Notes: generated by a model not told the origin, from the sequence alone. Positions 8,812 through 17,796 are shown, counted from the stretch's first letter. The stretch is 64,000 nucleotides of DNA from Actinomycetota bacterium (GCA_035640355.1 DASQWI010000023.1:6563-70562), one strand, 5' to 3'. Numbers and translations: made by a program.

Positions 8812-11142
8812 TCACCCCTCCACGCTCGCGACCTCGGGAGCGCGAAGGTGGAACGGCACGTCCGTCACCACGACGTTCGGCTCGAACAACAGCATCCGTT
8901 TGAAGTAGAACGCCGTCTGGTTGTGGAGCGCGTTCTCCCACCAGTGCCGCGGGATGAACTCCGGCAGCACGATCGTGACGATCGTGTCTCCGTCCTCGGT
9001 GTACTTGCGGACCTCGGCCAGGAGCGGCTCGCCGAGCTCGCGGAAGGGCGCCTCGACCAGAACGAGTGGGACATCGACCTTGCGCTGATGCCACTCGTCG
9101 ACGACGCCCTCGACGTCTTCCGGATCCGAGACGAAGAACATCCCTTCCATATGCGTTGGATTGAGCGACTTCGCGTAGATGACGGCGCGGATGGTGGCGT
9201 CATGCACCGCCGACATCGGGATCAAGACCACGTTCCGCTCCGGCTCGACCGGATGAGCCGCGTGCGCTTTGGCTATCTCCATCTCCTCGGGCACGAGCGG
9301 CACGTCGGTGACGACCACCCCCGGCTCGAACAGCAGCGCGGTCTTCAACCGGACCGGGTCTCGGTTGACCAGGAACTGGAACAAGGACCGACCCCGAAGC
9401 TCCTCCGGGATCACGACCGTGACGAAATCACCGCGGCCGCGGACGATGCCCTGGATGTACCGGCGAAGGGCTCGGACGAGGCGTTCATGGCCGCCCTCGA
9501 GCAGCTCGAGCCGGCCCAGCCGAGGCGCGCACGCCTCCCACCCCTCAGCGACGGACGCGTACCGTCTCGGCGATCCGACGTACAGCGGGCGGACGTCCTC
9601 GGGGCGCAGCGCTCGGAGGTAGCTGATCGCATCGAGCGTCGCGGTGTCGAGGTCTTCGATGAGGAAAACGAACGTGTTCGCCGCTTCGCGGTCGGCGGTG
9701 AGCCCTTTCGCGCGAAGGATGCCCCCCACACGATCGTAGTGAGTGCGGATGGCGAGGAAGATGCCGACGATCACCGGGATCGACGCGATGACGATCCACG
9801 CCCCGAGCGCGAACTGCGTGATGGCGACGATCGCGAGGACGACACCGGTCGCGGTGACGCCAACGCCGTTGATGGTCAGGTTCCATCGCCAGTTCTGACC
9901 TTTCTCCCGCAACCACTTCCGAACCATGCCGGCCTGCGACAGCGTGATCGCCGTGAACACGCCGACGACGTACAAGTGGATCAACCGGCTCAGCTCCCCC
10001 TGGAACAGCCAAACCAAGACGCCCGCCAACACGGTGAGCGACAGCACTCCGTTCGAGAACACGAGCCGGTCGCCGCGGTTCCGGAACTGCGACGGCATGA
10101 ACCGGTCCCGCGCCAGGATCGACGCGAGACGCGGAAAGTCTTGATATGCCGTGTTCGCCGCCAGGACGAGGATCGCGGCCGTGAGCGCCTGGAGGATCCA
10201 GAACGGCCCCGTCCGACCGAACACGGTCAGCCCGATCTGGGACAGCACCGATCGCGTTTCCGCGACGTGTTCGTTCACCCGTACCTCGAGCAATCGAGCG
10301 AGAAGCGTGATGCCGAGGAACATCGGGATGCTCATGGCGCCCATGAGTGCCAACGTCGTGGCGGCGTTCTTGGCCTGCGGTCGCCGGAACGCCTGGACCC
10401 CGTCGGCGATCGCTTCGACCCCCGTCAGCGCGGTCGCCCCCGACGAGAACGCGCGGAGCAACAGGAACGCGCTGAGACCTGCGGCGGACTCGAGCGGCAG
10501 ATCGGACGTGTCCGCCTGGGGGCACTCGTCGAGGCATCGGACGAAACCAAAGGCCAGCGTCACGAACACCATCGCCACGAAGCCGTAGGTCGGCAGTGCG
10601 AACAACGTTCCGGCCTCGCGCACGCCACGTAGGTTGGCGATCGTGATGATCAGCACGAACGCGAGCGCCAACGGCACCTTGTACGGAACCAGCGATCGCG
10701 CGGCGGACGTGACGGCGATCGCACCTGCCGTCACGCTCACCGAGACCGTGAGGACGTAGGACGTCTGGATCGCGGCCGCGGCGACCAGACCGGGAACCGT
10801 TCCCAGGTTCTCCTTGGAGACGATGTAGGAGCCGCCACCCCGCGGGTACGCGCGGCATGTTTGGCGGTACGAGGCGATGACGACGGCCAGGAGGAGCGCG
10901 ATGCAGATGCCGAGCGGGAGCATCCAGGTGAGCGCGGCGGCGCCGGCCACGACGAGCACCAGCATCAACTGCTCGGTTGCGTATGCGACAGATGACAGCT
11001 GATCCGACGCGAAAACCGGCAGCGCCAGCGCCTTCGGCAGCAGCTGATGCTCTTGCTTGTGGGACGCGAGCGCGCGCCCAACGACGAGCCGCTTCAGGAT
11101 GCCGGCGGGCTGCGTCGTGCCACGCTTCGTCGTCGTCGCCAA
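8812..11142 (-). CDS. KimA-family (APC superfamily) K+ uptake transporter paralog 1, with an extended C-terminal cytoplasmic domain
   Basis: 776-aa ORF. The N-terminus (KRLVVGRALASHKQEHQLLPKALALPVFASDQLSSVAYATEQLMLVLV ... YRQTCRAYPRGGGSYIVSKENLG) closely matches the Bacillus KimA/YdaO N-terminal region. About 12 TM helices, then ~300 aa containing two internally similar subdomains (LLFEPGVVVTDVPLVPEE / LLFEPNVVVTDVPFHLR). Confidence 0.8.
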   Translation of the reverse strand: MATTTKRGTTQPAGILKRLVVGRALASHKQEHQLLPKALALPVFASDQLSSVAYATEQLMLVLVVAGAAALTWMLPLGICIALLLAVVIASYRQTCRAYPRGGGSYIVSKENLGTVPGLVAAAAIQTSYVLTVSVSVTAGAIAVTSAARSLVPYKVPLALAFVLIITIANLRGVREAGTLFALPTYGFVAMVFVTLAFGFVRCLDECPQADTSDLPLESAAGLSAFLLLRAFSSGATALTGVEAIADGVQAFRRPQAKNAATTLALMGAMSIPMFLGITLLARLLEVRVNEHVAETRSVLSQIGLTVFGRTGPFWILQALTAAILVLAANTAYQDFPRLASILARDRFMPSQFRNRGDRLVFSNGVLSLTVLAGVLVWLFQGELSRLIHLYVVGVFTAITLSQAGMVRKWLREKGQNWRWNLTINGVGVTATGVVLAIVAITQFALGAWIVIASIPVIVGIFLAIRTHYDRVGGILRAKGLTADREAANTFVFLIEDLDTATLDAISYLRALRPEDVRPLYVGSPRRYASVAEGWEACAPRLGRLELLEGGHERLVRALRRYIQGIVRGRGDFVTVVIPEELRGRSLFQFLVNRDPVRLKTALLFEPGVVVTDVPLVPEEMEIAKAHAAHPVEPERNVVLIPMSAVHDATIRAVIYAKSLNPTHMEGMFFVSDPEDVEGVVDEWHQRKVDVPLVLVEAPFRELGEPLLAEVRKYTEDGDTIVTIVLPEFIPRHWWENALHNQTAFYFKRMLLFEPNVVVTDVPFHLRAPEVASVEG

Positions 11143-11156
11143 GACGATCGATTGTA

Positions 11157-11180
11157 GGACGCCTCTCAGCTGGAGCGTCC
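11157..11180 (-). terminator. GC hairpin (GGACGC-N12-GCGTCC) in the 54-bp spacer between the tandem kimA-like genes
   Basis: Inverted repeat seen directly. Lies 17 nt after the paralog-2 stop and 15 nt before the paralog-1 start on the minus strand. No U-tract. Confidence 0.4.
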
Positions 11181-11196
11181 GAGCGAGCCGCGCGCG

Positions 11197-13485
11197 CTAT
11201 GAGCGGGAGTCTGCGCGGGCGTGGAACGGCACGCTCGTGACCACCACGTTCGGCTCGACCAGGAGCAGGCGCTTGAGGAAGAGCGCCGTCTGGTTGTGGA
11301 GCAGCTGCTCCCACGTGTGCCGCACGACGAGCTCGGGAAGCACGACGGTCACGACCGTGCCCGGGCGAGACGTGAACTTGCGGATCTCCTCAAGCATCGG
11401 ATTCGTGATGTCTCGGAACGGCGCCTCCACGATCGACAGCGGGATCGTCATCCTCCAGTCCATCCATTCGTCCGCGATCGTTCGGTCTTGTTCCGGGTCC
11501 AGCGAGAAGTAGACGGCCTCGACCTCCGCAGCGTTCAGCGAAGTGGCATAGGCGACCGCTCGTGCCGTTGCCGCGTGAACAGCCGAAACGGGCACGATGA
11601 CGACACTCCGGAGCGGCTCGACCGGTTGCTCGCCGTGTGCCGCCGCGAGCGGACGCTCCTCGGGTACGAGTGGGACGTTCGTAACGACAACACCCGACTC
11701 GAACAGCAGACGCACCTTGAGCCAGAACTGCGAACGTCGTCGCACCAGATTGAAGAGCGAGTCGCTCGAAACTTCCTCGGGAACGACGACCGTTACGAAG
11801 TCGTCGAAACCTCCATGGAGCGCACGTAGGTAGGTGCGAAGGCTGTGGACGCGACTCCCGTTCCCCGGTAAGGCGGTGAGGCCGCCCATCCGCGGAGCGA
11901 ACGACGGCCACGCCGTGGACGTGTGTTCGAAGTCCTTTGGATCTCCGAAGAACACGGGGACGACGCGCTCCGGCCGGAGCGATCGAAGGTAACCAACAGC
12001 GTCGGCGGTCGCCAGGTCGAGGTCCGGCACCAGAAGAACGAACGTGTTCGCGACCCGCTCCGCCGGTGACACCCCCTTGACGCGAAGCGCTTGGCCGACG
12101 ATGCGGTAGTGCCGGTTCACGGCGAGCAGCAACATGATCAGCACGGGTATCGCCGCGATCACGATCCACGCGCCGTGGACGAACTTGGTGGCGGCGACGA
12201 TCACCAGAACAACGCCGGTGGCCGTCGCGCCGAGCGCGTTCACCGCCATGCCTCGGCGCCACCCCGGTTCCCTCAGGCGGTGCCACCGCCTGACCATGCC
12301 GGCCTGTGACAGCGTGAATGCCGTGAAGACACCGACGACGTACAGCTGGATCAGGTCGGTGAGGTTCGCGTCGAACACGTAGACGAGTGCCGAGGCCAGA
12401 ACCGAGAGAACGATGACACCGTTCGAGAACACCAGCCGGTCGCCGCGGTTCCTGAACTGCGACGGCGCGAACCGGTCGCGCGCCAGGATCGCGGACAAAC
12501 GAGGGAAGTCCTGGTACGACGTGTTGGCCGCGAGGATCAGGATCCCGGCTGTCAACGCTTGCAGTGCGAAGTACGGGAGGGTGCGCCCGAACACCGTCTC
12601 GCCGATCTGCGACAAGACGGACCGCGACTCGGCGATCTCCTCGTTTACCCTGACGTGAAGGAGGACGGTCATGACGGTGAGGCCGATGAACATCGTCACG
12701 GTTATGGCGCCCATCGCCGCGAGCGTCGTCGCGGCGTTCCTCGCGTGCGGCCTGCGGAACGCCTGAACGCCGTCCGCGATCGCCTCCACGCCTGTGAGCG
12801 CCGTCGATCCCGAGGAAAACGCACGGAGGATGAGGAACAGGCTCACGCCAGCTTGCGCCTCAAGCGGCAACGAAGCGCTCGGCGCAATAGGACATCCGTT
12901 GACGCAGCGGACGAGGCCCGCCGCCAGCATCACGAAGATGATCGTGACGAAGCCGTATGTCGGTACGGCGAAAAGGATGCTGGCCTCTCGAACGCCGCGG
13001 AGGTTCGCCAGCGTCAGCAGGAGAACGAAGCCGATCGCGACGAGCACCTTGTGATCCGCGAGCGAAGGCACCGCCGAGGTGACCGCGAGAACGCCGGCTA
13101 CGACCGAGACAGCCACGGTGAGTACGTAGTCGATGAGCACGGCCGATGCGGCGGTGAGTCCGGGGATCGTCCCGAGGTTCTCGCGCGCGACGATGTATGA
13201 GCCCCCACCGTGCGGGTACGCCCGAACGGTCTGCCGGTACGAGGCGATGACGATGATCAGGACCGTCGCGATCGCCAACGCAATGGGAATGCGGTACACG
13301 AGCGCCCCGGCTCCCGCCGTCACCAGGACGAGCATCATCTCCTCGGTCGCGTACGCGTTCGAGGAGAGCGGGTCGGAGGCGAAGACCGGAAGCGCGAGCG
13401 ACTTGGGTAGGAGCTGGTGCTCGAGCTTGTGGCTCGCCATCGCGCGCCCGATGAGGACGCGCTTCACCGTCGCCGTAGCGGCCAC
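11197..13485 (-). CDS. KimA-family (APC superfamily) K+ uptake transporter paralog 2
   Basis: 762-aa ORF with a GTG start (VAATATVKRVLIGRAMASHKLEHQLLPKSLALPVFASDPLSSNAYATEEMMLVLV ... YRQTVRAYPHGGGSYIVARENLG). Same architecture as paralog 1, including the duplicated C-terminal subdomains. Confidence 0.8.
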   Translation of the reverse strand: MAATATVKRVLIGRAMASHKLEHQLLPKSLALPVFASDPLSSNAYATEEMMLVLVTAGAGALVYRIPIALAIATVLIIVIASYRQTVRAYPHGGGSYIVARENLGTIPGLTAASAVLIDYVLTVAVSVVAGVLAVTSAVPSLADHKVLVAIGFVLLLTLANLRGVREASILFAVPTYGFVTIIFVMLAAGLVRCVNGCPIAPSASLPLEAQAGVSLFLILRAFSSGSTALTGVEAIADGVQAFRRPHARNAATTLAAMGAITVTMFIGLTVMTVLLHVRVNEEIAESRSVLSQIGETVFGRTLPYFALQALTAGILILAANTSYQDFPRLSAILARDRFAPSQFRNRGDRLVFSNGVIVLSVLASALVYVFDANLTDLIQLYVVGVFTAFTLSQAGMVRRWHRLREPGWRRGMAVNALGATATGVVLVIVAATKFVHGAWIVIAAIPVLIMLLLAVNRHYRIVGQALRVKGVSPAERVANTFVLLVPDLDLATADAVGYLRSLRPERVVPVFFGDPKDFEHTSTAWPSFAPRMGGLTALPGNGSRVHSLRTYLRALHGGFDDFVTVVVPEEVSSDSLFNLVRRRSQFWLKVRLLFESGVVVTNVPLVPEERPLAAAHGEQPVEPLRSVVIVPVSAVHAATARAVAYATSLNAAEVEAVYFSLDPEQDRTIADEWMDWRMTIPLSIVEAPFRDITNPMLEEIRKFTSRPGTVVTVVLPELVVRHTWEQLLHNQTALFLKRLLLVEPNVVVTSVPFHARADSRS

Positions 13486-13815
13486 CTAGGCGCTGAGCCC
13501 CTTCGGCTCGGCCTTGGGCGCGTGCTCCAGATCGACCTGCGATCGCTCGTCGTCGGCGTCCATCCGTCGCAGGACGTCGCCCATCAGATCCGCTTCATGT
13601 GAGGCCTCGAGCCACTCGCGCCAGGTCAGCCAGGCGCGGAGGAGGGGCGAGACCAACATCCCCACGCACAGGCCGAGGGCCAGGCCGGTCAGAAGGTCCG
13701 CCGAAAGCGCAACACCGATCATGGCTCTCAGCGTGCACGCGAACGCGTCAGGAAGGTGTAAGGGCCGTGCCTCCGGCCGTAGAGAACTTGTAAGGACGGC
13801 CACGAGCTCCCGCAC
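13486..13815 (-). CDS. Small single-TM protein ORF abutting the kimA-like paralog 2 start (TAG immediately followed by GTG)
   Basis: 109-aa ORF with one hydrophobic segment (MIGVALSADLLTGLALGLCVGMLVSPLL). The stop abuts the downstream start. No family recognised; could be non-coding leader. Confidence 0.35.
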   Translation of the reverse strand: MRELVAVLTSSLRPEARPLHLPDAFACTLRAMIGVALSADLLTGLALGLCVGMLVSPLLRAWLTWREWLEASHEADLMGDVLRRMDADDERSQVDLEHAPKAEPKGLSA

Positions 13816-13836
13816 GTCTGTTGTGCTGCAGACGGC

Positions 13837-15279
13837 GTGGCGGGAAGCTTGCGTTTGATGCGCTGTCTGGGCGTTCGCACTCGCCGCGGCGGGATCGTCC
13901 GGCCGCTACTCGTCGCTGCCGTATCTGCCGGGGTTGCGACGTCGCTGGCGGCGGTCCCCGGCGGCATTTCGACGGCGAGTGCCGCCTTGGTCTACGTGCT
14001 CGCGGTTACCGGCGCGACGGCGTTCGCGGGGCTCCGCGCGGGGCTCGCCACGTCGATCCTCTCCTTCCTCCCGCTGAACTTCTTTTTCACGGAGCCGACC
14101 GGCACGTTCAGCGTGGCGAAGACGGAGGATCTCGTCGCGCTCGCCGCGTTCCTGATCGTTTCGGTGATCGTGGGCACGCTGCTCTCAGCGGCGGTCGCGC
14201 AACGCGCGCGCGCGGAACGTCGCGAGCGCGAGGCCGTGTTGATGCAGCGTCTCGGCGCGCGCCTGTTGTCGGGGGAACCTCCGCAGGGCGTTTTGGCGAG
14301 CTTCGCGCGGGCCGTGACCGACCTGTTCGGGATCGTCCGGTGCGAGATCCGAACGGACGTCACGGACGAGCCGGTGGTGTCTGAACGCCCGGCCGCCGCG
14401 GCCGGCGTTCCGGAGGTCATGCCAATGGAGGCCGCCGGCCGCAAGGTCGGCGAGATCGTGCTGGTCCATGACGCCGAAGCGGATGGGCTCTCCGACGACG
14501 AGCGCAACGTCGTGCGAACGTTCGCCAGCCAGATGGCGCTCGCACTCGAGGGCATGCGACTCGCGTCCGAGGCGTCGAAGGCGCGACTGGATGCGGAGAC
14601 GAACAGCCTGCGCGCCGCGCTGTTCTCATCGGTGACACACGACCTCCGGACGCCGCTCGCGTCGATCACTGCGTCGGTCACCAGCCTGCTCGACGAGGGC
14701 GCGAGGTTCACGCCGGGCGACCGGCGCGAGCTCCTCGAGACGATCCGCCACGAGGCCGAGCGGCTCAACCGGCTCGTCGGCAACCTCCTCGATCTGTCGC
14801 GCATCCGCGCCGGCGCCGTCACGCCCAACGCAACACTCGGCGAGATCGAGGACGTCATCGAAGGTGTGGTCGGACGCCTTCAGGCTGTCCTTGCCAACCA
14901 CCGGATCCACCTCATGCTCCGAGGCGACCTTCCCGAGATCTCGATGGACGTTGTCCAGATCGACCAGGTGCTGACGAACCTCATCGAGAACGCCGTCAAA
15001 TTCAGTCCGGCGGGAAGCGCGGTGACGATCTCGGCCGCAAGATGGCATGACACCGCCGAGGTGCGCGTCGTGGACCATGGGCCCGGCATCCCCAGCGAGG
15101 AGCGCGAGCGCGTCTTCGAAGCGTTCGTGCGAGGAGAGCAGGGCTCGGCGACCGGCTCCGGACTCGGCCTGTCGATCTCGCGCGCGATCGTCGAATCGCA
15201 CGGCGGACGGATCTGGATCGAGGGGACGCCTGGCGGCGGAACGACGGTCGTCTTCCGGCTTCCAGTCGCGGCGAGATGA
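13837..15279 (+). CDS. Sensor histidine kinase, KdpD C-terminal-like (DUF4118 TM domain + GAF + HisKA + HATPase), lacking the KdpD N-terminal sensor/Usp domains
   Basis: 480-aa ORF. The TM region matches the KdpD membrane module (SILSFLPLNFFFTEPTGTFSVAKTEDLVALAAFLIVSVIVGTLLS...AQRA). H-box SVTHDLRTPL. G-boxes DHGPGIP / GSGLGLSI. Confidence 0.8.
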   Translation: MAGSLRLMRCLGVRTRRGGIVRPLLVAAVSAGVATSLAAVPGGISTASAALVYVLAVTGATAFAGLRAGLATSILSFLPLNFFFTEPTGTFSVAKTEDLVALAAFLIVSVIVGTLLSAAVAQRARAERREREAVLMQRLGARLLSGEPPQGVLASFARAVTDLFGIVRCEIRTDVTDEPVVSERPAAAAGVPEVMPMEAAGRKVGEIVLVHDAEADGLSDDERNVVRTFASQMALALEGMRLASEASKARLDAETNSLRAALFSSVTHDLRTPLASITASVTSLLDEGARFTPGDRRELLETIRHEAERLNRLVGNLLDLSRIRAGAVTPNATLGEIEDVIEGVVGRLQAVLANHRIHLMLRGDLPEISMDVVQIDQVLTNLIENAVKFSPAGSAVTISAARWHDTAEVRVVDHGPGIPSEERERVFEAFVRGEQGSATGSGLGLSISRAIVESHGGRIWIEGTPGGGTTVVFRLPVAAR

Positions 15280-15971
15280 CGCTGAATGTGCTTGCCGTCG
15301 ACGACGACGAGCAGATCCTCCGCGCGCTCCGCACCAGCCTCAAGGGGCGCGGCTACGACGTGCGCACAGCGTCGAACGGCGAAACCGCGCTGGATATCCT
15401 TCGCGACGAGAAGGTGGACGTCGTTCTGCTCGATCTCGGGCTGCCGGGCATCGATGGACACGAGGTCATCCAGCAGGCCCGCGCGTGGCGAGACGTCCCG
15501 ATCATCGTGCTCACGGTTCGAGACAGCCAGGAGCAAAAGGTGGCGGCGCTCGACGCGGGCGCCGACGACTACGTCACCAAGCCGTTCGCCATCGAGGAGC
15601 TCCTGGCGCGGATACGCGCGGTTGGGAGGAGAGCAAGCGGGGAAATGCCGAGGGCGGTCCTCCGCTTCGGTGAGCTCGAGATCGACCTGGCCCGCGAAGC
15701 GGTGAAGCTCCGCGGTGAGCTGCTCCATCTCACGCCGACCGAGCACCGCCTGCTCGAGGCAATGGCGACGCATCCAGGCAAGCTGCTGACGCACTCGTGG
15801 CTGCTGCAGCAGGTATGGGGTCCGCGGTACGCCGACGAATCGCACTACGTGCGCGTCTACGTCCGTCAGTTGCGACGCAAGCTCGGCGACGACCCCGCGG
15901 CGCCGCGGTACATCGTCACGGAGTCAGGACTGGGGTACCGGTGGAAGCCGGAGCCGGAAGACCCGGCATGA
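15276..15971 (+). CDS. OmpR-family response regulator, KdpE-like
   Basis: 231 aa (MTLNVLAVDDDEQILRALRTSLKGRGYDV ... LDLGLPGIDG ... DDYVTKPF) with a winged-helix C-terminus. ATGA overlap with the kinase stop. Confidence 0.8.
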   Translation: MTLNVLAVDDDEQILRALRTSLKGRGYDVRTASNGETALDILRDEKVDVVLLDLGLPGIDGHEVIQQARAWRDVPIIVLTVRDSQEQKVAALDAGADDYVTKPFAIEELLARIRAVGRRASGEMPRAVLRFGELEIDLAREAVKLRGELLHLTPTEHRLLEAMATHPGKLLTHSWLLQQVWGPRYADESHYVRVYVRQLRRKLGDDPAAPRYIVTESGLGYRWKPEPEDPA

Positions 15972-15974
15972 GGA

Positions 15975-15997
15975 CCACGCGGCGTCAGACCGCGTGG
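15975..15997 (+). promoter_or_regulatory. 8-bp GC stem hairpin (CCACGCGG-N7-CCGCGTGG) between kdpE-like and trkA, overlapping the trkA GTG start
   Basis: Inverted repeat seen directly. The right arm contains the GTG start at 15994. Confidence 0.35.
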
Positions 15998-16689
15998 GCA
16001 CCGGGCTGTCGGAGTTAGGCTACCGAGCCGTGAACGTGATCATCATGGGGTGCGGCCGCGTCGGGATCCTGCTGACACAGGAGCTGGCAAAGGCCGGTCA
16101 CGGCGTGACGGTCATTGACAAGAACCCGCATGCGTTCGACCGACTTCCTCCGGGGTTCGACGCGCGGACGGTCGTCGGGCTCGGGTTCGACCGCGAGGTG
16201 CTCGAGGAGTCCGGAATCAAGGAGGCCGACGCGTTCCTCGCCGTGTCGAGCGGTGACAACTCCAACATCGTCTCCGCCCGCGTCGCGCGCGAGTACTACC
16301 ACGTGCCCCGGGTCATCGCACGGATCTACGATCCGCTTCGCGCCGACATCTACGAGCGGCTGAACATCCCCACCGTGTCGACGACGCGCTGGGGCGTGAA
16401 GCAGATCATGTTGATGCTCAGCCACGAACACACCGAGATCAAAGAGGCGCTGGCCGGCGGCGACCTGCTCCGGATGCGGATCGAGATCCCCCGGCACCTC
16501 GTCGGCAAGAAGGTCTCGTCGCTGAACGTCGACGGCAAGGTCCTCGTGGCCGGCGTCGACCGCGGCGGCAAGGGCTACATCCCCGTCGGGGGAAGCACCT
16601 TTCAGGAGGGCGACTTCGCGGCTTTGATCGTGCAGAAGGACGCCGTTGAGGAGGTCGACTCGCTGCTCGAGGAGACGGGAGAACACTGA
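15994..16689 (+). CDS. TrkA/KtrA-type K+ transport regulatory protein (RCK_N + RCK_C), CeoB-like
   Basis: 231 aa. Rossmann GxGxxG (IIMGCGRVG), RCK_N and C-terminal RCK_C. Confidence 0.8.
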   Translation: MGTGLSELGYRAVNVIIMGCGRVGILLTQELAKAGHGVTVIDKNPHAFDRLPPGFDARTVVGLGFDREVLEESGIKEADAFLAVSSGDNSNIVSARVAREYYHVPRVIARIYDPLRADIYERLNIPTVSTTRWGVKQIMLMLSHEHTEIKEALAGGDLLRMRIEIPRHLVGKKVSSLNVDGKVLVAGVDRGGKGYIPVGGSTFQEGDFAALIVQKDAVEEVDSLLEETGEH

Positions 16690-16690
16690 G

Positions 16691-17428
16691 GTGCGCGTGG
16701 TGATCAGCGGTGCGGGCGCCGTCGGGAGGCATCTCGCGGCGGACCTCACCAAGCGAGGGCACACGGTGACCGTCATCGAGCAGGTGCCCGAGGTCCTCAA
16801 GACCGCCGGGGAGTGGGCGCCAGACGTCGACCTCATGCTCGGCGACGCGTGCGAGCCGTGGGTCTTGGAGAAGGCCGATCTAGCGAGTGCCGACGTCGTC
16901 GTTGCGACGACCGGCGACGACGAGGACAACCTCGTGACGTCGCTGCTCGCGAAGCAGGAGTTCGGCGTGCCGCGGGTCCTCGCGCGGGTGAACCACCCCG
17001 ACAACGAGTGGCTGTTCAACGACCAGTGGGGCGTCGACGCCGCCGTCTCGCCGCCGCACCTGTTGACGGCGTTGGTCGAAGAAGAGGTATCGGTGGGCGA
17101 CCTCGTGCGGCTCCTGCCGCTCGAGCGAGGCGGCATCTCGATCGTCGAGATGACCGTCCCCGCCGACGCGCCGAACGCGGGGCGTCCCCTCTACGAGCTT
17201 CGCCTGCCGCCGGACGCGGCGGTCGTCGCGATCATTCGCGACCGACACGTCGTGATCCCACAGCCCGAGACCGTCATCACGGTCGGCGACGAGGTGCTCG
17301 CGCTGTCGGTGCCCGATGCGGAGGCTGCGCTTCGCGCGGCTGTCGTGGGCGAGGCGGAGTCGGGAACCGAGGCGGCGTCAGAACCCGTGGCGACGGGCGA
17401 CGACCCGCGCGCCAACGTCACCCACTGA
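16691..17428 (+). CDS. TrkA/KtrA-type K+ transport regulatory protein, second paralog (CeoC-like)
   Basis: GTG start 1 nt after the upstream TGA (VRVVISGAGAVGRHLA...). RCK_N + RCK_C. Confidence 0.8.
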   Translation: MRVVISGAGAVGRHLAADLTKRGHTVTVIEQVPEVLKTAGEWAPDVDLMLGDACEPWVLEKADLASADVVVATTGDDEDNLVTSLLAKQEFGVPRVLARVNHPDNEWLFNDQWGVDAAVSPPHLLTALVEEEVSVGDLVRLLPLERGGISIVEMTVPADAPNAGRPLYELRLPPDAAVVAIIRDRHVVIPQPETVITVGDEVLALSVPDAEAALRAAVVGEAESGTEAASEPVATGDDPRANVTH

Positions 17429-17786
17429 ACTCGAATTTCGGGTTCACCAGTCGGCGTTCAGAGCGCTGCTCTCCCAGGACCCCCTCGACGACGAGGCGCG
17501 TCCCGAGGTTCACACCGGGGATCGAACGCCGTCCCATCCACACCACGTTCACCTCGCCCGTCCCGTCGTCGATCAGTGCCTCGAGGGACTCGCTGCCCTC
17601 GAGCGGCCGAATCGTGATGCGTCGCACGACGCCGGCGACCTTTACGCGCGATCGCGTCGTCGCGTCGCGGATCCGGACCGTGCCGGGGACCGTGGCCGAC
17701 CACGTCTGGATCTCGTCGGCGTAGCGCTGTTCGTCCGTTTCCGCCATCCGGCTGAAGAGCCGCCGGATGGGATCGAGGAACCCCAC
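17418..17786 (-). CDS. OB-fold nucleic-acid-binding domain protein
   Basis: 122-aa ORF between the TrkA pair and the H+-PPase. Family call is tentative, based partly on synteny with the mycobacterial ceoBC neighbourhood. Confidence 0.55.
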   Translation of the reverse strand: MGFLDPIRRLFSRMAETDEQRYADEIQTWSATVPGTVRIRDATTRSRVKVAGVVRRITIRPLEGSESLEALIDDGTGEVNVVWMGRRSIPGVNLGTRLVVEGVLGEQRSERRLVNPKFEFSG

Positions 17787-17796
17787 GGTCCGGTGC

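Noticed and set aside
8848-10632. 594-aa + ORF and 9545..11314 589-aa minus-strand alternative-frame ORF over the kimA-like genes
   Set aside because: Antisense or alternative-frame shadows of the transporter genes. Translations are Arg/Asp/Glu/His low-complexity with no domain motifs.
13486-13836. Possible ydaO-type c-di-AMP riboswitch upstream of the kimA-like gene
   Set aside because: I could not identify the conserved ydaO motifs by eye, and the segment is also occupied by a coupled small ORF. Left as a check item in the findings rather than a feature call.
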